This document shows, piece after piece, positions 31,780-42,500 of a stretch of DNA of 64,000 nt (positions are counted from its first letter, which is position 1; each line of letters opens with the position of its first letter). The DNA lies in the NCBI GenBank assembly GCA_023228145.1, contig JALOBU010000002.1:19218-83217 (forward strand), in the 5' to 3' direction. The translations under genes and the position numbers were made by a program. Under the pieces are notes generated by a model. It was given only the letters and a program-made list of their open reading frames with translations, was not told the DNA's origin and made no database searches. This DNA comes from Bacteroidales bacterium. GTDB taxonomy: Bacteria > Bacteroidota > Bacteroidia > Bacteroidales > CAIWKO01.

Positions 31780-32794
31780 ATACAAGCTTCTAACAACAAT
31801 TTTTGTTTTTATAACAGGAACTATTTTAGCTCAGCCCCAAAACGTAACAGACTCGTTGGGCCGTAAACAGGGATATTGGAAAAAATATGTTAAAGATACA
31901 CTTAAATACGAAGGGCAATTTGTTAATGATAAACCCGTAGGAGAATTTAAATATTATTATCCTGACAAAAAAATCAAAGCTATAACTCTTTATTCTGACA
32001 GCGGACGAAATGCACAAACGGTAATGTACTTCAACAATGGAAAGAAAAACGGCGAAGGGTTGTACATTGACAAAAAAAAGGAAGGGCTCTGGGTTTATTA
32101 TGGCATGAATGAGTTGAAAATCTCCGAAGAAAATTATAAAAACGGGATTAAAGAAGGTACTTGGAAATATTTCTATGATGACAAAAAAATCAACAGGATA
32201 GAAAATTACATAAATGGTATACTTGATGGGGAATGTATGGAATTTTACGCAGATAGTATTTTAAAAATGAAATGCTTTTATAAAAACGGGAAACTTGATG
32301 GAAAATATCAATATTTTTATATCTCGGGAAAAATATTATACACAGGTTATTATAAGACAGATTACAAAGATGGAGAATGGATGTTTTTTAATGAAAATAA
32401 TTTTGGAGAACGAAAATTAACTTACAAGAATGGAACACTTTTAAAGGAAGAAATTATTTTAAAGCATCAGGAAGGAAGTATAAAGTATATTAACATTGAA
32501 GATATTGCATACTGTTATTTTAAGGACAAATCGACAATTATAAAGTTGAATTCAGGTGAAGAACTTCCCTTTTCAACTGATTTTAATGAACTTGAAAAAC
32601 AACTCGGGCAATATAAATTCTTCAGAGTTAAACAGGATTTTATAGTTTCTGCCTGGTCAGTTAAAAACCGAAAGACATTCAACACAAGCAACCCTGTGCT
32701 CATACTTAACCCTGACCCCGGCAAACAAATTGAAGTTCAAAAAGATAATCTCGAAGCTTTTATGTCCTGGGCAGGCATAATTAAATACGAATAA
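31763..32794 (+). CDS. MORN-variant repeat (YwqK-like) protein with C-terminal LytTR-like domain
   Basis: Signal peptide; repeats such as G.KEG.W.YY; C-terminal INIEDIAYC...ELEKQLGQYKFFRVKQDFIVS. Confidence 0.75.
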   Translation: MISTIKYKLLTTIFVFITGTILAQPQNVTDSLGRKQGYWKKYVKDTLKYEGQFVNDKPVGEFKYYYPDKKIKAITLYSDSGRNAQTVMYFNNGKKNGEGLYIDKKKEGLWVYYGMNELKISEENYKNGIKEGTWKYFYDDKKINRIENYINGILDGECMEFYADSILKMKCFYKNGKLDGKYQYFYISGKILYTGYYKTDYKDGEWMFFNENNFGERKLTYKNGTLLKEEIILKHQEGSIKYINIEDIAYCYFKDKSTIIKLNSGEELPFSTDFNELEKQLGQYKFFRVKQDFIVSAWSVKNRKTFNTSNPVLILNPDPGKQIEVQKDNLEAFMSWAGIIKYE

Positions 32795-32798
32795 TGCA

Positions 32799-33884
32799 AT
32801 GCCGGAAAAAGGCCGAATATTGGTAGCAATGAGTGGAGGCCTCGATAGTAGTGTTTCCGCTTTATTATTACAAAAAAAAGGATATGAAATTGTTGGGGCG
32901 ACTTTTCGCACCTGGGATTATATTACTGAAAGTTGTAATGCAAAAAACAACGGGTGTTGCAGCATTGAAGCCATTCACGAAGCATCCGCATTTTCAGCCG
33001 AAAATGGTTTCGAACACCACATTCTTGATTTCAGGCAGGATTTCCGTAAAATAGTAATCGACGACTTCGTGAATGAATACCGGGCAGGCAGGACGCCCAA
33101 TCCCTGTGTCACTTGCAATGCAAAAATAAAATGGGGATTGCTGCTTGAAAAGGCCAAAGAGCTGGGATGTGCCCAAATTGCAACCGGGCATTATGCTTGT
33201 ATTGGCAATAATAGCGACAGGTATTTCCTAAAAAAAGCAGTTGACAAAGATAAAGACCAGACTTACTTTTTATGGCAACTCACCAGTGAACAACTTAGTA
33301 AAACTATTTTTCCACTGGGCAGTTATCGCAAAAAACAAATCAGAGAGATGGCTTCTGATCTGGGATTCAGCAAACTTTCTTCAAAACGTGAAAGCCAGGA
33401 GATTTGTTTTATTCCCCAAAATGATTATGCTGAATTTATTGAAAGGGAATATCCTACTGTAATGAATTCAATTGGAGAAGGAGACCTTTTAGACACACAT
33501 GGAAATATCATCGGGCGTCATAAAGGATTTATTCATTATACTATCGGGCAACGTAAAGGGCTTGGTTTTGCAGCAGGTTACCCCCTTTATGTTAAACAAA
33601 CAGATGCTTTAAAAAATACGGTAACACTTGCTAAACGCGAAGAATTATTTAGCAATGAGCTTTTTGCATCGGGGTTAAACTTCACAAAATATGAAGATTT
33701 TGAGCACTTTGAAAATATAACTACGTGTATCCGTTACAATGATAAGGGGACAAAAAGTAGCATAATTAAAAAGGAAGGAAACGTACATGTCATTTTTGAA
33801 GAGCCTGTCCTTGCGATTACACCCGGTCAATCAGTTGCGTTTTATGAAGGGAAGAATTTGATCGGGGGAGGTATAATTAAATGA
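32799..33884 (+). CDS. mnmA: tRNA 2-thiouridylase
   Basis: AMSGGLDSS, TPNPCVTCN, ATGHY, KDQTYFL, ESQEICF, YTIGQRKG, PGQ. Confidence 0.96.
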   Translation: MPEKGRILVAMSGGLDSSVSALLLQKKGYEIVGATFRTWDYITESCNAKNNGCCSIEAIHEASAFSAENGFEHHILDFRQDFRKIVIDDFVNEYRAGRTPNPCVTCNAKIKWGLLLEKAKELGCAQIATGHYACIGNNSDRYFLKKAVDKDKDQTYFLWQLTSEQLSKTIFPLGSYRKKQIREMASDLGFSKLSSKRESQEICFIPQNDYAEFIEREYPTVMNSIGEGDLLDTHGNIIGRHKGFIHYTIGQRKGLGFAAGYPLYVKQTDALKNTVTLAKREELFSNELFASGLNFTKYEDFEHFENITTCIRYNDKGTKSSIIKKEGNVHVIFEEPVLAITPGQSVAFYEGKNLIGGGIIK

Positions 33885-33922
33885 AAACCATATATTTTTC
33901 ATAAATTTGCACTATCCCCATT

Positions 33923-34597
33923 ATGAAAAAAATTCACTTCATAATATTCATTGTAACTTCCCTGTTCATTCTTTTTTCATGCAAAAAAGAAACTGAACTA
34001 CCATTAAATATGGGATACCGGTATTTCCCAATCAATACAGGACATTGGATGATATATGATGTTGATTCTGTCAGTTATAATGATTTTACAGGGCAAATTG
34101 ATTCATTCAGCTATCAGATTAAAGAAGTTATTGAATCTGTATTTATTGACAACTCCGGTAATGAAACGCAACGCATTGAAAGATATGTAAGGGAAAACGA
34201 TACTTCTGAGTGGATTATCAGGGATGTATGGTATCAGAACCGAACAACAACAACAGCGGAACGTGTCGAGGAAAATTTAAGATTTGTCAAACTTATTTTC
34301 CCTGTCGAAACTGGGAAGAAGTGGGATGGGAATTCATTTAATACTCTTAGCCCTCAAACTTATGAATTGCAAGAAACCCACTCATCAAAAACTATTAATG
34401 GTAATTATTTTGACTCAACGGCTACAATACTTCAAAAATCATTTTACACCATCATTAGCGAAGATTTTCAACAGGAAATCTATGCCACAGGGATGGGGAT
34501 GGTTTATAAAAAATACACATCCCTGATAAAAACTCCTGCCGGGTTGGTAACTAGCGGAATTGATTATACTTATTCAATACATACATACGGAAATTAA
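33923..34597 (+). CDS. Hypothetical lipoprotein
   Basis: Lipobox FSC-KKE; YFPI..G.W.IYDV motif common in Bacteroidota lipoproteins. Confidence 0.8.
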   Translation: MKKIHFIIFIVTSLFILFSCKKETELPLNMGYRYFPINTGHWMIYDVDSVSYNDFTGQIDSFSYQIKEVIESVFIDNSGNETQRIERYVRENDTSEWIIRDVWYQNRTTTTAERVEENLRFVKLIFPVETGKKWDGNSFNTLSPQTYELQETHSSKTINGNYFDSTATILQKSFYTIISEDFQQEIYATGMGMVYKKYTSLIKTPAGLVTSGIDYTYSIHTYGN

Positions 34598-34604
34598 AAA
34601 TAAA

Positions 34605-36314
34605 ATGAAAAGAATATTTTTTGTTCTCATCTTGATGTTTTTTTATCTAACTACTGATGCACAATATATAGTTTCTAAATTCAGGGTTACTTTCACTGAT
34701 AAAAACAACTCTCCTTATTCCATTGATAACCCCCAGGAATTTCTAAGCCAAAGAGCAATTGACAGGAGAACCAAACAAAACATCCCTGTTTCTGTTGACG
34801 ATTTGCCTGTAAACGCATGGTATATTGACAGTTTAAAAAACGCAGGCGCAATCGTATTGACTGTTTCAAAATGGTTTAATTGTGTTACCATTCAAACAAC
34901 AGATATCAATGTGATGAACAAAGTTCTCTCCTTTCCCTTTGTAATCGATGTTGATTCTTTGGCAGAGACATCTCTGAAAAAAGGCGTAAAACTAAAGAAA
35001 CATAAAGACACCATGGAAGGAAACCTGAACTATATTAACAACACTCCTCTTCTATCAAGTCAACCAAATATTAAAATGCATGAAAATACGACATCATATG
35101 ATTACGGAAATGCTTATTCACAAGTTCATATGATAGGTACAGATTATTTACATGAACAGAATTATCGTGGTGAAAATATGGTTATTGCTGTTTTGGATGC
35201 GGGTTTTTTTAATGTAAATTCTTTGCGCGCTTTTGACAGTTTATGGCATAATGGCCAGATTTTAGGCACAAAAGATTTTGTTGAACCTGGAGGCGATGTA
35301 TTCCAGAGAAGTACTCACGGAATGATGGTACTATCTATTATGGGAGGTAATATTCCCGGAGAACTAATAGGCACAGCCCCCAAAGCAAAATACTGGCTTC
35401 TGCGTTCAGAAGATTCTGACAGCGAGTACCCAATAGAAGAAGATAACTGGGTGGTTGCAGCTGAATTTGCTGACAGTGTTGGGGCTGATATAATCAACTC
35501 ATCACTTGGATATACTGATTTTTACTACGACGACTGGAGTTATACATATCAGAATATGGACGGGCAAACGGCACGTTCGACACTAGGAGCAAAAATGGCT
35601 TCTTCACGGGGAATACTTGTGGTTAACAGCGCAGGCAACTCGGGTAACAATGATTGGTTCTATATTGGCGCTCCTGCCGATGCAGAAAATATTATTACAG
35701 TTGGTGCTGTTAACTCAAAGGGCAATATCTCAAATTTCAGTTCAAGAGGCCCCACAGCTGATGGAAGATTAAAGCCTACTGTTTGTGCAATGGGAGAAGG
35801 AACATATGTTTCCTCTTCATCAGGTAGCATTACTTCCGGAAATGGGACTTCCTTTTCTTCACCTGTCATTGCAGGCTCTATGGCGTGTTTATGGCAGGCA
35901 AACCCTAACAAAACAAATTTGCAAATAATTGAAGCAGTTATCGCTTCCGGAAACAGATATCTGAATCCCGGGCCAGAATATGGATTCGGTGTCCCCAATC
36001 TTATGGCCGCAAACCTTATACTTAATGGAAATTCATTCCAGAATTTTGACAAGGAGAACAACCTGACTGTATTCCCCAACCCTTTTGAAGAAACATTTCA
36101 GATAATCTTTTATTCAAGCGATACGACTGCAATGGATATTTTTTTATATGACATGACAGGGAAAGTGGTTTATCAGAAAGAAAAAGTTTTACGCACATTA
36201 GGATGTAACAGTATAAACATCTCTGCTATTGGTGATTTATCAAAAGGTTATTACACCTTAAAAACGATAACATCAAACGCAACTTATTCGACAAAAATTA
36301 TGAAGTTGAAATAA
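34605..36314 (+). CDS. Subtilisin-like S8 serine peptidase with T9SS type-A C-terminal domain
   Basis: Catalytic motifs VLDAG, HGMMV and GTSFSSP; VFPNPF...KIMKLK tail. Confidence 0.92.
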   Translation: MKRIFFVLILMFFYLTTDAQYIVSKFRVTFTDKNNSPYSIDNPQEFLSQRAIDRRTKQNIPVSVDDLPVNAWYIDSLKNAGAIVLTVSKWFNCVTIQTTDINVMNKVLSFPFVIDVDSLAETSLKKGVKLKKHKDTMEGNLNYINNTPLLSSQPNIKMHENTTSYDYGNAYSQVHMIGTDYLHEQNYRGENMVIAVLDAGFFNVNSLRAFDSLWHNGQILGTKDFVEPGGDVFQRSTHGMMVLSIMGGNIPGELIGTAPKAKYWLLRSEDSDSEYPIEEDNWVVAAEFADSVGADIINSSLGYTDFYYDDWSYTYQNMDGQTARSTLGAKMASSRGILVVNSAGNSGNNDWFYIGAPADAENIITVGAVNSKGNISNFSSRGPTADGRLKPTVCAMGEGTYVSSSSGSITSGNGTSFSSPVIAGSMACLWQANPNKTNLQIIEAVIASGNRYLNPGPEYGFGVPNLMAANLILNGNSFQNFDKENNLTVFPNPFEETFQIIFYSSDTTAMDIFLYDMTGKVVYQKEKVLRTLGCNSINISAIGDLSKGYYTLKTITSNATYSTKIMKLK

Positions 36315-36317
36315 TCC

Positions 36318-36350
36318 AAAAAAAAAGAGGCGTTCCTGCCTCTTTTTTAT
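36318..36350. terminator. Bidirectional intrinsic terminator
   Basis: AAAAAAGAGGC-loop-GCCTCTTTTTT between convergent ORFs. Confidence 0.85.
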
Positions 36351-36367
36351 AGTGGTATGTAAAAAAA

Positions 36368-36616
36368 TTATTTTCTTTTACTTGCAGTCGGCACTCCACG
36401 CCTGTTTTGTTTGTTTTTAATGATATAATTCTTGTTAATAGGAATTATATTTTTCTTCAATTTTTTCTGATAAGGTGAATGATATCTTTTTGAAATAGCA
36501 GTTCTTCTGCGCTTTATCATCCTTTTGTAGCGGTAATGCCTTGTACAGGACTCAAATGCTATCTCAACAATGAATACTGCAAGCAATATCACGTACCATT
36601 TTTTTAAATATCTCAT
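36368..36616 (-). CDS. Small, very basic putative lipoprotein
   Basis: MRYLKKWYVILLAVFIVEIAFESC followed by a K/R-rich tail; ends next to a bidirectional terminator. Confidence 0.55.
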   Translation of the reverse strand: MRYLKKWYVILLAVFIVEIAFESCTRHYRYKRMIKRRRTAISKRYHSPYQKKLKKNIIPINKNYIIKNKQNRRGVPTASKRK

Positions 36617-36933
36617 AATGTTATTTATCATTTTACGAGAAAGTGCTCTTTTTTGTATGTATAATTTCCGACGGTAAAACTAATAATTTTTTTTTACAAA
36701 CAAACAAAAAAAAATATCCATTTTTAATTAATACGTTTTATACTGAAAATTTATAATTTATGTTACAAAAGAAAAACATTTTTTTTAATTAATTCAATTT
36801 TTAAGAAAAAATATATTTTTTGTTTGTATTTGCAGATTGCTAAAATAACTAAATCTTTGCTCCCTTGCTCTATGTTTTTCTTATTTTTTATATGTGCCTT
36901 TTAAAAAAGTCAGTAACTTTGAAGAAAAATATT

Positions 36934-39177
36934 ATGCAAAAAAGGATTTTCATCTTACTATTTTTGTTGTTCGCCCTGTATTTCAAAAATTTTACTTTTG
37001 GACAGTTAAATGGAATTTATACAATTGGAAACGCACCCTCTGATTATCAAACTTTTACTGCAGCCCTGAACGACTTACATTCACAAGGTATTATCAGCAG
37101 TGTCGTATTCGAAATAAAACCCGGAACTTATACCGAACAAATATCTATTAACCCCATTACCGGCGCAAATGCAACTAATACAATTACATTTCAACCACAA
37201 GACAACAATGTCAGCTCTGTAACACTACAATTTTCATCATCTGCCTCAGCTGCAAATAATTATGTTATTAAGCTTGACGGAGCTGATTTCATCAATTTTG
37301 ACAAGCTGACCATCATAAGAACTGACACTTTCTTGTACAGCAGGGTAATAGAAATTTCAGGCTCGGCTCGCAAAAACTCATTCACAAATAATATTATTGA
37401 AGGTAATACCAATCAAAATACTAAAATTGTAGCTTCAGTTATTGGAACTGACAGTTCCGGCAGTAAAAGTTATAATACTTTTAACAATAATATTATCAGA
37501 TACGGTTCTCATGGCTTATTTTATGTCGGTCAAAGCAACACTATCCCCGATTCTTGCGTGATTGTGTCAAACAATCAATTTATTGGCCAGTTCGCCAAGG
37601 GATTACGCATGAAATACCAAAGATTCCTCAACATCAGTAATAATGAAATAACTTCTAATGTAATAAACAATAATTATAATGCCATGTATTTCCAATATTC
37701 AAACGATACCATGCGCATTGTGAACAATAAAATTGCTATTGCAACAGGTTATGGCATTAATATGTGGAATTGTAATGAAACTGTTGTAGTAAATGCTCTT
37801 ATTGCAAATAACTTCATTTCAATAATCAGCAATCAAACGAGCATTAACGCAATCGGAATTTATATTTTTAACAGCAAATATCAGCACATCCTTCATAATA
37901 GCATTAATGTACAAAATGGCACACCTATAAATAGTTCATGCATAAATTTAAACGGCAGTTCAACCGCAAGTTTATATATTAAAAATAATATTTTTAAAAA
38001 TTCCGGTGGCGGATATGCTTATTATGTCAGCAAAACAACAAGCACTCCCATTGCAGCTTCCAATTATAACGACCTTTTCGTTGGCACAGGTAATTATATT
38101 GGGTACTGGCAGTACAGCGAAAATATTTCTCCCCCGCTTACCAATTGGCAGAATGTTTCTTCATTTGACCAAAATTCTTTTACTACCAATCCTAATTATA
38201 TTTCCTCAACCGACCTGCATGTTACAAGCACAGTGCTGAATGGCGCCGCAACAAACAATTTATCTCCATTTGTTATTTCAACAGATATTGACGGAGATAT
38301 AAGAAACGCAACAACACCTGATGTCGGGGCTGATGAGTTTCACATTAATGACCTCGGAATAGACTCAGTGTTGATGCCCGCTTCGGGGGTTTATTGTCAG
38401 AATACAGAGTTTAATGTTAAGGTTCGGATTAAAAATTATGGGTATAATAACTATAATGGTGCTATTTCGGTTTATTACCGTATTGCTGAAGGCACACAAG
38501 TAAATGAAACTACACCATCTTTGTCAATACCTGCCGGAGGAACTCAGGAATACACCTTTTCAAATACTGAAACACCAGATACCACAGGACAATTTGTATT
38601 TATAGCAGGAACTAATATCACGGAAGATAATAACCGGGCAAACGATACTTCGAGCAATATTATCCCCATTCTTAAACTTCCCGTTGCCGGATTTACATAT
38701 GAAATAAACGAGCTTGAAGCAACCTTCACCAATACATCTGAAAATGCAATTCTTTACTTATGGAATTTTGGAGACGGTAGTGCCAACAGCAATGCCGCAA
38801 ATCCTGTTCATACTTTTCCAGCTTATGGAAATTACAACATCATGCTCGTTGCTTCCAATGCATGCAGCAGCGATATTGAAAACCAATCAATCGGTATTGT
38901 TGGAATAATTGAAAATTCATCAACAGAGCTTATTGCTGTTTCTCCAATTCCTGCTGATGATTATATCATAATTGATATAACTCAAGAAACAGAACTTGTA
39001 AAATCTGTTAGTATCATGGATATCAATGGGAAACTGATTTGCAGTCGTTCACTACTAAATAATAGTTCAAAACAATATAAACTTAGTGTGTCAGATTTTA
39101 CTGAGGGCATGTATTTTCTGATAATGAATTTTGAAAACAAAATTGTTTGCAAAAAAATACTGATTCACAGAAACTAA
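36934..39177 (+). CDS. T9SS type-A cargo with right-handed beta-helix, CARDB-like and PKD domains
   Basis: LNGIYTIG..YQTFTAALNDL; Asn-rich beta-helix; TDIDGDIR..PDVGADEF; WNFGDG; SPIPA...KKILIH. Confidence 0.85.
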   Translation: MQKRIFILLFLLFALYFKNFTFGQLNGIYTIGNAPSDYQTFTAALNDLHSQGIISSVVFEIKPGTYTEQISINPITGANATNTITFQPQDNNVSSVTLQFSSSASAANNYVIKLDGADFINFDKLTIIRTDTFLYSRVIEISGSARKNSFTNNIIEGNTNQNTKIVASVIGTDSSGSKSYNTFNNNIIRYGSHGLFYVGQSNTIPDSCVIVSNNQFIGQFAKGLRMKYQRFLNISNNEITSNVINNNYNAMYFQYSNDTMRIVNNKIAIATGYGINMWNCNETVVVNALIANNFISIISNQTSINAIGIYIFNSKYQHILHNSINVQNGTPINSSCINLNGSSTASLYIKNNIFKNSGGGYAYYVSKTTSTPIAASNYNDLFVGTGNYIGYWQYSENISPPLTNWQNVSSFDQNSFTTNPNYISSTDLHVTSTVLNGAATNNLSPFVISTDIDGDIRNATTPDVGADEFHINDLGIDSVLMPASGVYCQNTEFNVKVRIKNYGYNNYNGAISVYYRIAEGTQVNETTPSLSIPAGGTQEYTFSNTETPDTTGQFVFIAGTNITEDNNRANDTSSNIIPILKLPVAGFTYEINELEATFTNTSENAILYLWNFGDGSANSNAANPVHTFPAYGNYNIMLVASNACSSDIENQSIGIVGIIENSSTELIAVSPIPADDYIIIDITQETELVKSVSIMDINGKLICSRSLLNNSSKQYKLSVSDFTEGMYFLIMNFENKIVCKKILIHRN

Positions 39178-39295
39178 GAGCCTTTAACACCAGTTTTTTC
39201 TTTGCATTGGCTCATTTTTCATAACATTATTGACAAAAAATATTATTTTTGTGTGGATTAAATTTGTTCAGGATGCTCTTGCGAGTTGACAATAT

Positions 39296-40222
39296 ATGAT
39301 GAAAAACCTTTTTGTAAAAATATCACTTATAATTATTGTTCTTGTTTTAATCATTATTAAGAATACAACTTTTGCACAGGGAAACGGAGAGCAAACATTT
39401 GAAATTATCGAAAGCCTGAATGACAGCATTGACCTTCGTTCAAATTTTTATGATGACACGGATTCTCTCTCAGAATATTTTCCTGCTCACGGATTATATG
39501 AAACATGGGATAACGATGGGATATATTACCCTCAGGTAGATTTTTCAAGTAAAAAAGATACTACTTTATTGATTCTTTGCGATAATAAAACAAATTTCTA
39601 TACTCATCCGCATAAAGGACACATCAATTCTGAATATGGTTATCGGCGTAGGCGTTTCCATTATGGAATTGATATAGATTTAAATATTGGTGATAGCGTT
39701 AAAAGTGCATTTGACGGCATGGTGCGAATTTCAAAATATCACAGAGGATATGGGAATGTTGTCGTGGTTAGGCATTTTAATGGCCTGGAAACTGTTTATG
39801 GGCATTTATCAGGATTCCGCGTCAGGGAAAACCAGATGGTTAAGGCCGGACAAATTCTCGGCTATGGTGGCAGCACAGGTCGTTCAACAGGGCCACACCT
39901 TCACTTTGAAGTACGTTATCTGGGCACACCTATGAACCCCAGAAAAGTTATAGATTTCGAAAAATTTAAACTATTAAGTGATACCCTTTTAATAACAAAT
40001 AAAACTTTTGCAAAATCTGCCAGTAAAACTTACCCTAAAACCTCTAAATCCAGTTATTCAGGTAGTTCCAAAGGCTCTGGAAATTATTATTATGTCAAAA
40101 AAGGAGATACACTAGGTCATATTGCATCAAAATACGGGACTTCGGTTTCAACATTATGCAAGCTTAACGGTATCTCATCAAAAAGCATATTACAAATCGG
40201 CCAAAAAATCCGCGTCAGATAA
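39296..40222 (+). CDS. M23 peptidoglycan endopeptidase with LysM domain
   Basis: HYGID, YGHL, TGPHLHFE; VKKGDTL..IA..YG..L..LN. Confidence 0.93.
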   Translation: MMKNLFVKISLIIIVLVLIIIKNTTFAQGNGEQTFEIIESLNDSIDLRSNFYDDTDSLSEYFPAHGLYETWDNDGIYYPQVDFSSKKDTTLLILCDNKTNFYTHPHKGHINSEYGYRRRRFHYGIDIDLNIGDSVKSAFDGMVRISKYHRGYGNVVVVRHFNGLETVYGHLSGFRVRENQMVKAGQILGYGGSTGRSTGPHLHFEVRYLGTPMNPRKVIDFEKFKLLSDTLLITNKTFAKSASKTYPKTSKSSYSGSSKGSGNYYYVKKGDTLGHIASKYGTSVSTLCKLNGISSKSILQIGQKIRVR

Positions 40223-40284
40223 TTTATGAACATCATTTTGTGAATTATTTTCATTTATTTCCTGAGTAGATTATAAAAATAAAT

Positions 40285-40292
40285 TACTTTTG
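40285..40292 (+). promoter_or_regulatory. -7 element (TACTTTTG) driving the riboswitch leader
   Basis: Consensus match directly before the riboswitch. Confidence 0.7.
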
Positions 40293-40296
40293 CCAG

Positions 40297-40470
40297 CAAA
40301 TGGTGCCGGTATTGAGTATTTTGATACCGTAAAGGGAATCAGGTTAAAATCCTGAACAGTACCCGCTGCTGTGAGTTCTATGAAAACTTTTTATGCACTC
40401 TTGTCACTGTCCGTTATTTATGGGATGGGAAGACGCATAAAAGGGGAACAAGTCAGAAAACCTGCCATTG
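40297..40470 (+). ncRNA. Cobalamin (AdoCbl) riboswitch
   Basis: AAAGGGAAtcaGGTtAAAaTCC, CAGTACCCGCTGCTGTGA, GTCACTG...GGGAAG, and B12 box AAGTCAGAAAACCTGCC. Confidence 0.95.
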
Positions 40471-40583
40471 AATATTTGTTATTTATAGCTTTCGGGGAAA
40501 AAAGCTTGAATAGATAAATCAAATTTCTTTTTTATCTGTTTTTCCCAAAAAGTTACAAGTAACATACTGGTAAATATGTTATT

Positions 40584-42500
40584 GTGTTAAAAACAGGAAT
40601 CATCGGCTTTTTTGTATTTTTTACAGCAACTTTTTCTTTTGCTCAAAAACCAATCAACGACTCCATTTTTTTACTGCAGGAAGTGGAAATTAAAACGGAA
40701 CGTTATTCAAATAACATCATTGGAGTTAAAACCATTGAAATTGACAGCAATTATATGAAAATGTTTGAAACAAAAAGCCTGAACGATGCTCTGGCACAAA
40801 TTTCAACACTATATATAAAATCTAATGGTGTGTCGGGATTAAGCACTATTGCAATAAGAGGAACCGGAACTTCTCATACTGCCATTTTGTGGAATGGCTT
40901 TAATATTCACAATCCCATGAATGGCGGCATGGACTTATCTTTAGTGCCTGTCGGGTTTAACAATAAAATATCCATACAGTATAATGGGCCATCAGCTTTG
41001 TATGGAAGCGGCTCCATTGGAGGAATAATTCATCTGACTGACATTCCAAGGTTCGGGAAAGGGCTGGCTGTTTATGCAGGGGCAGATTACGGCAGTTTCA
41101 TCAATTATTCAGCAAATGCAGGTCTTGAGTATAGCAATCAAAATAACAGCAGTGAATTTAGAGCTTTTTTCCATGAAGGGAAAAATAATTTTTCTTATTC
41201 AAACTTGGCTAAATATGGCAATCCGAAAGAAAAACAAATTCACTCTGACATGAAACAATATGGAGCAAGCCTGAACGAATCCTATAAGTTCAATGATAAG
41301 AATATTCTTAATTTCCGCCTCTGGTATCAAAAAAGCGACAGAAATATCCCGCCAACAATGACACAGGAGTTCAGTTCGGCAGAACAGGGCGATGAATTTT
41401 TAAGAAGTGCGGCAGAATGGAATAATATCGGTCTGCGTTACCGGCTTTTTATCCGCTCGGCATTGTTTTATGAAACATACCGATACGATGAGCCCGATAA
41501 AAATATTTTCTCAAAAAGCAAGTCCCTTCTCTCTGTGGATGAAGCAGAGATATATGTCAAAATATTCCCTTTTCATACCATAAACACTGGAATAAACTAT
41601 ACGTATTCAAAAGGAATATGTGATTACTATTCTGATGCCAAAACACAGCAATCGCTGGCCGTTTATGTTTCCTATACCGCCGTAAGCAAAAAAAACTTAT
41701 GGAAATTCAATGGCAGTTTACGAGGAGAGTACAACGACATGGGGCTGCTGCCGCCAATGTTTTCGGCAGGTATGGAAATTAAAATCTATAAAGAACTTAT
41801 TTTATATGCTAATTTTAGCAGGAACTACAGGGTGCCAACCATGAATGATATGTTTTGGTATCCGGGAGGCAATCCAGAGCTTAAACCAGAAAATGCTTAC
41901 GTCGAAGAGCTGGGAATTAAACAAAATATCACTTGCAAAAAAATAAAAATTCACTATTCTGTATCCGGTTATAATAATAATGTAACAAACTGGATAATAT
42001 GGCTGCCCGAGTCGTATTACTGGTCGCCGCAAAACATTCAGGCCGTTTGGGGCCGGGGGGCTGAAAGCAATATAGCTGCTGACATTCCCATTCGAAAAAG
42101 CGTGCTGAAAATTCAACTCGAAGCCGCATATACCAAATCTACCGTTGAAAAAAGTTCAAACATTACTTCTCTTGGCAAACAGCTTATTTATACACCGGAA
42201 GCAAATGCAGGTCTCATTATTTTATGGTCATATAACACTTTTGCCTGTTCCTATAATATGAACTTTGTTTCAGCACGATATACCTCTCCGGATAATTCAG
42301 AACAACTTCAATCCTATCTGTTGGGGAACATCCATCTTGCAAAAGAATTTAAAATAAAAGATTTCGGCCTCGGAATATTTTTTCATCTTAATAATATCTG
42401 GAACCAGGAATACCAGACTATTGCTTGGCAGGCCATGCCCGGTATAAATTTCAACACAGGAATTAAATTAAATTTCAATAAAAAAACAAACAAAACATGA
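40584..42500 (+). CDS. btuB: TonB-dependent cobalamin receptor (BtuB-like)
   Basis: Plug IAIRGTGTSHT..WNG, GPSALYGSGSIGG; YRVPTMNDMFW, NPELKPE. GTG start; downstream of the B12 riboswitch. Confidence 0.85.
   Translation: MLKTGIIGFFVFFTATFSFAQKPINDSIFLLQEVEIKTERYSNNIIGVKTIEIDSNYMKMFETKSLNDALAQISTLYIKSNGVSGLSTIAIRGTGTSHTAILWNGFNIHNPMNGGMDLSLVPVGFNNKISIQYNGPSALYGSGSIGGIIHLTDIPRFGKGLAVYAGADYGSFINYSANAGLEYSNQNNSSEFRAFFHEGKNNFSYSNLAKYGNPKEKQIHSDMKQYGASLNESYKFNDKNILNFRLWYQKSDRNIPPTMTQEFSSAEQGDEFLRSAAEWNNIGLRYRLFIRSALFYETYRYDEPDKNIFSKSKSLLSVDEAEIYVKIFPFHTINTGINYTYSKGICDYYSDAKTQQSLAVYVSYTAVSKKNLWKFNGSLRGEYNDMGLLPPMFSAGMEIKIYKELILYANFSRNYRVPTMNDMFWYPGGNPELKPENAYVEELGIKQNITCKKIKIHYSVSGYNNNVTNWIIWLPESYYWSPQNIQAVWGRGAESNIAADIPIRKSVLKIQLEAAYTKSTVEKSSNITSLGKQLIYTPEANAGLIILWSYNTFACSYNMNFVSARYTSPDNSEQLQSYLLGNIHLAKEFKIKDFGLGIFFHLNNIWNQEYQTIAWQAMPGINFNTGIKLNFNKKTNKT

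Noticed and set aside
31763-32794. Toxin-antitoxin system (YwqK antitoxin label)
   Set aside because: The label reflects generic MORN-variant repeats; the neighbours are gmhB and mnmA, with no toxin gene.
36632-36933. Very AT-rich 300-bp spacer as an origin or sRNA
   Set aside because: No DnaA-box cluster or stable structure seen; consistent with divergent promoters.
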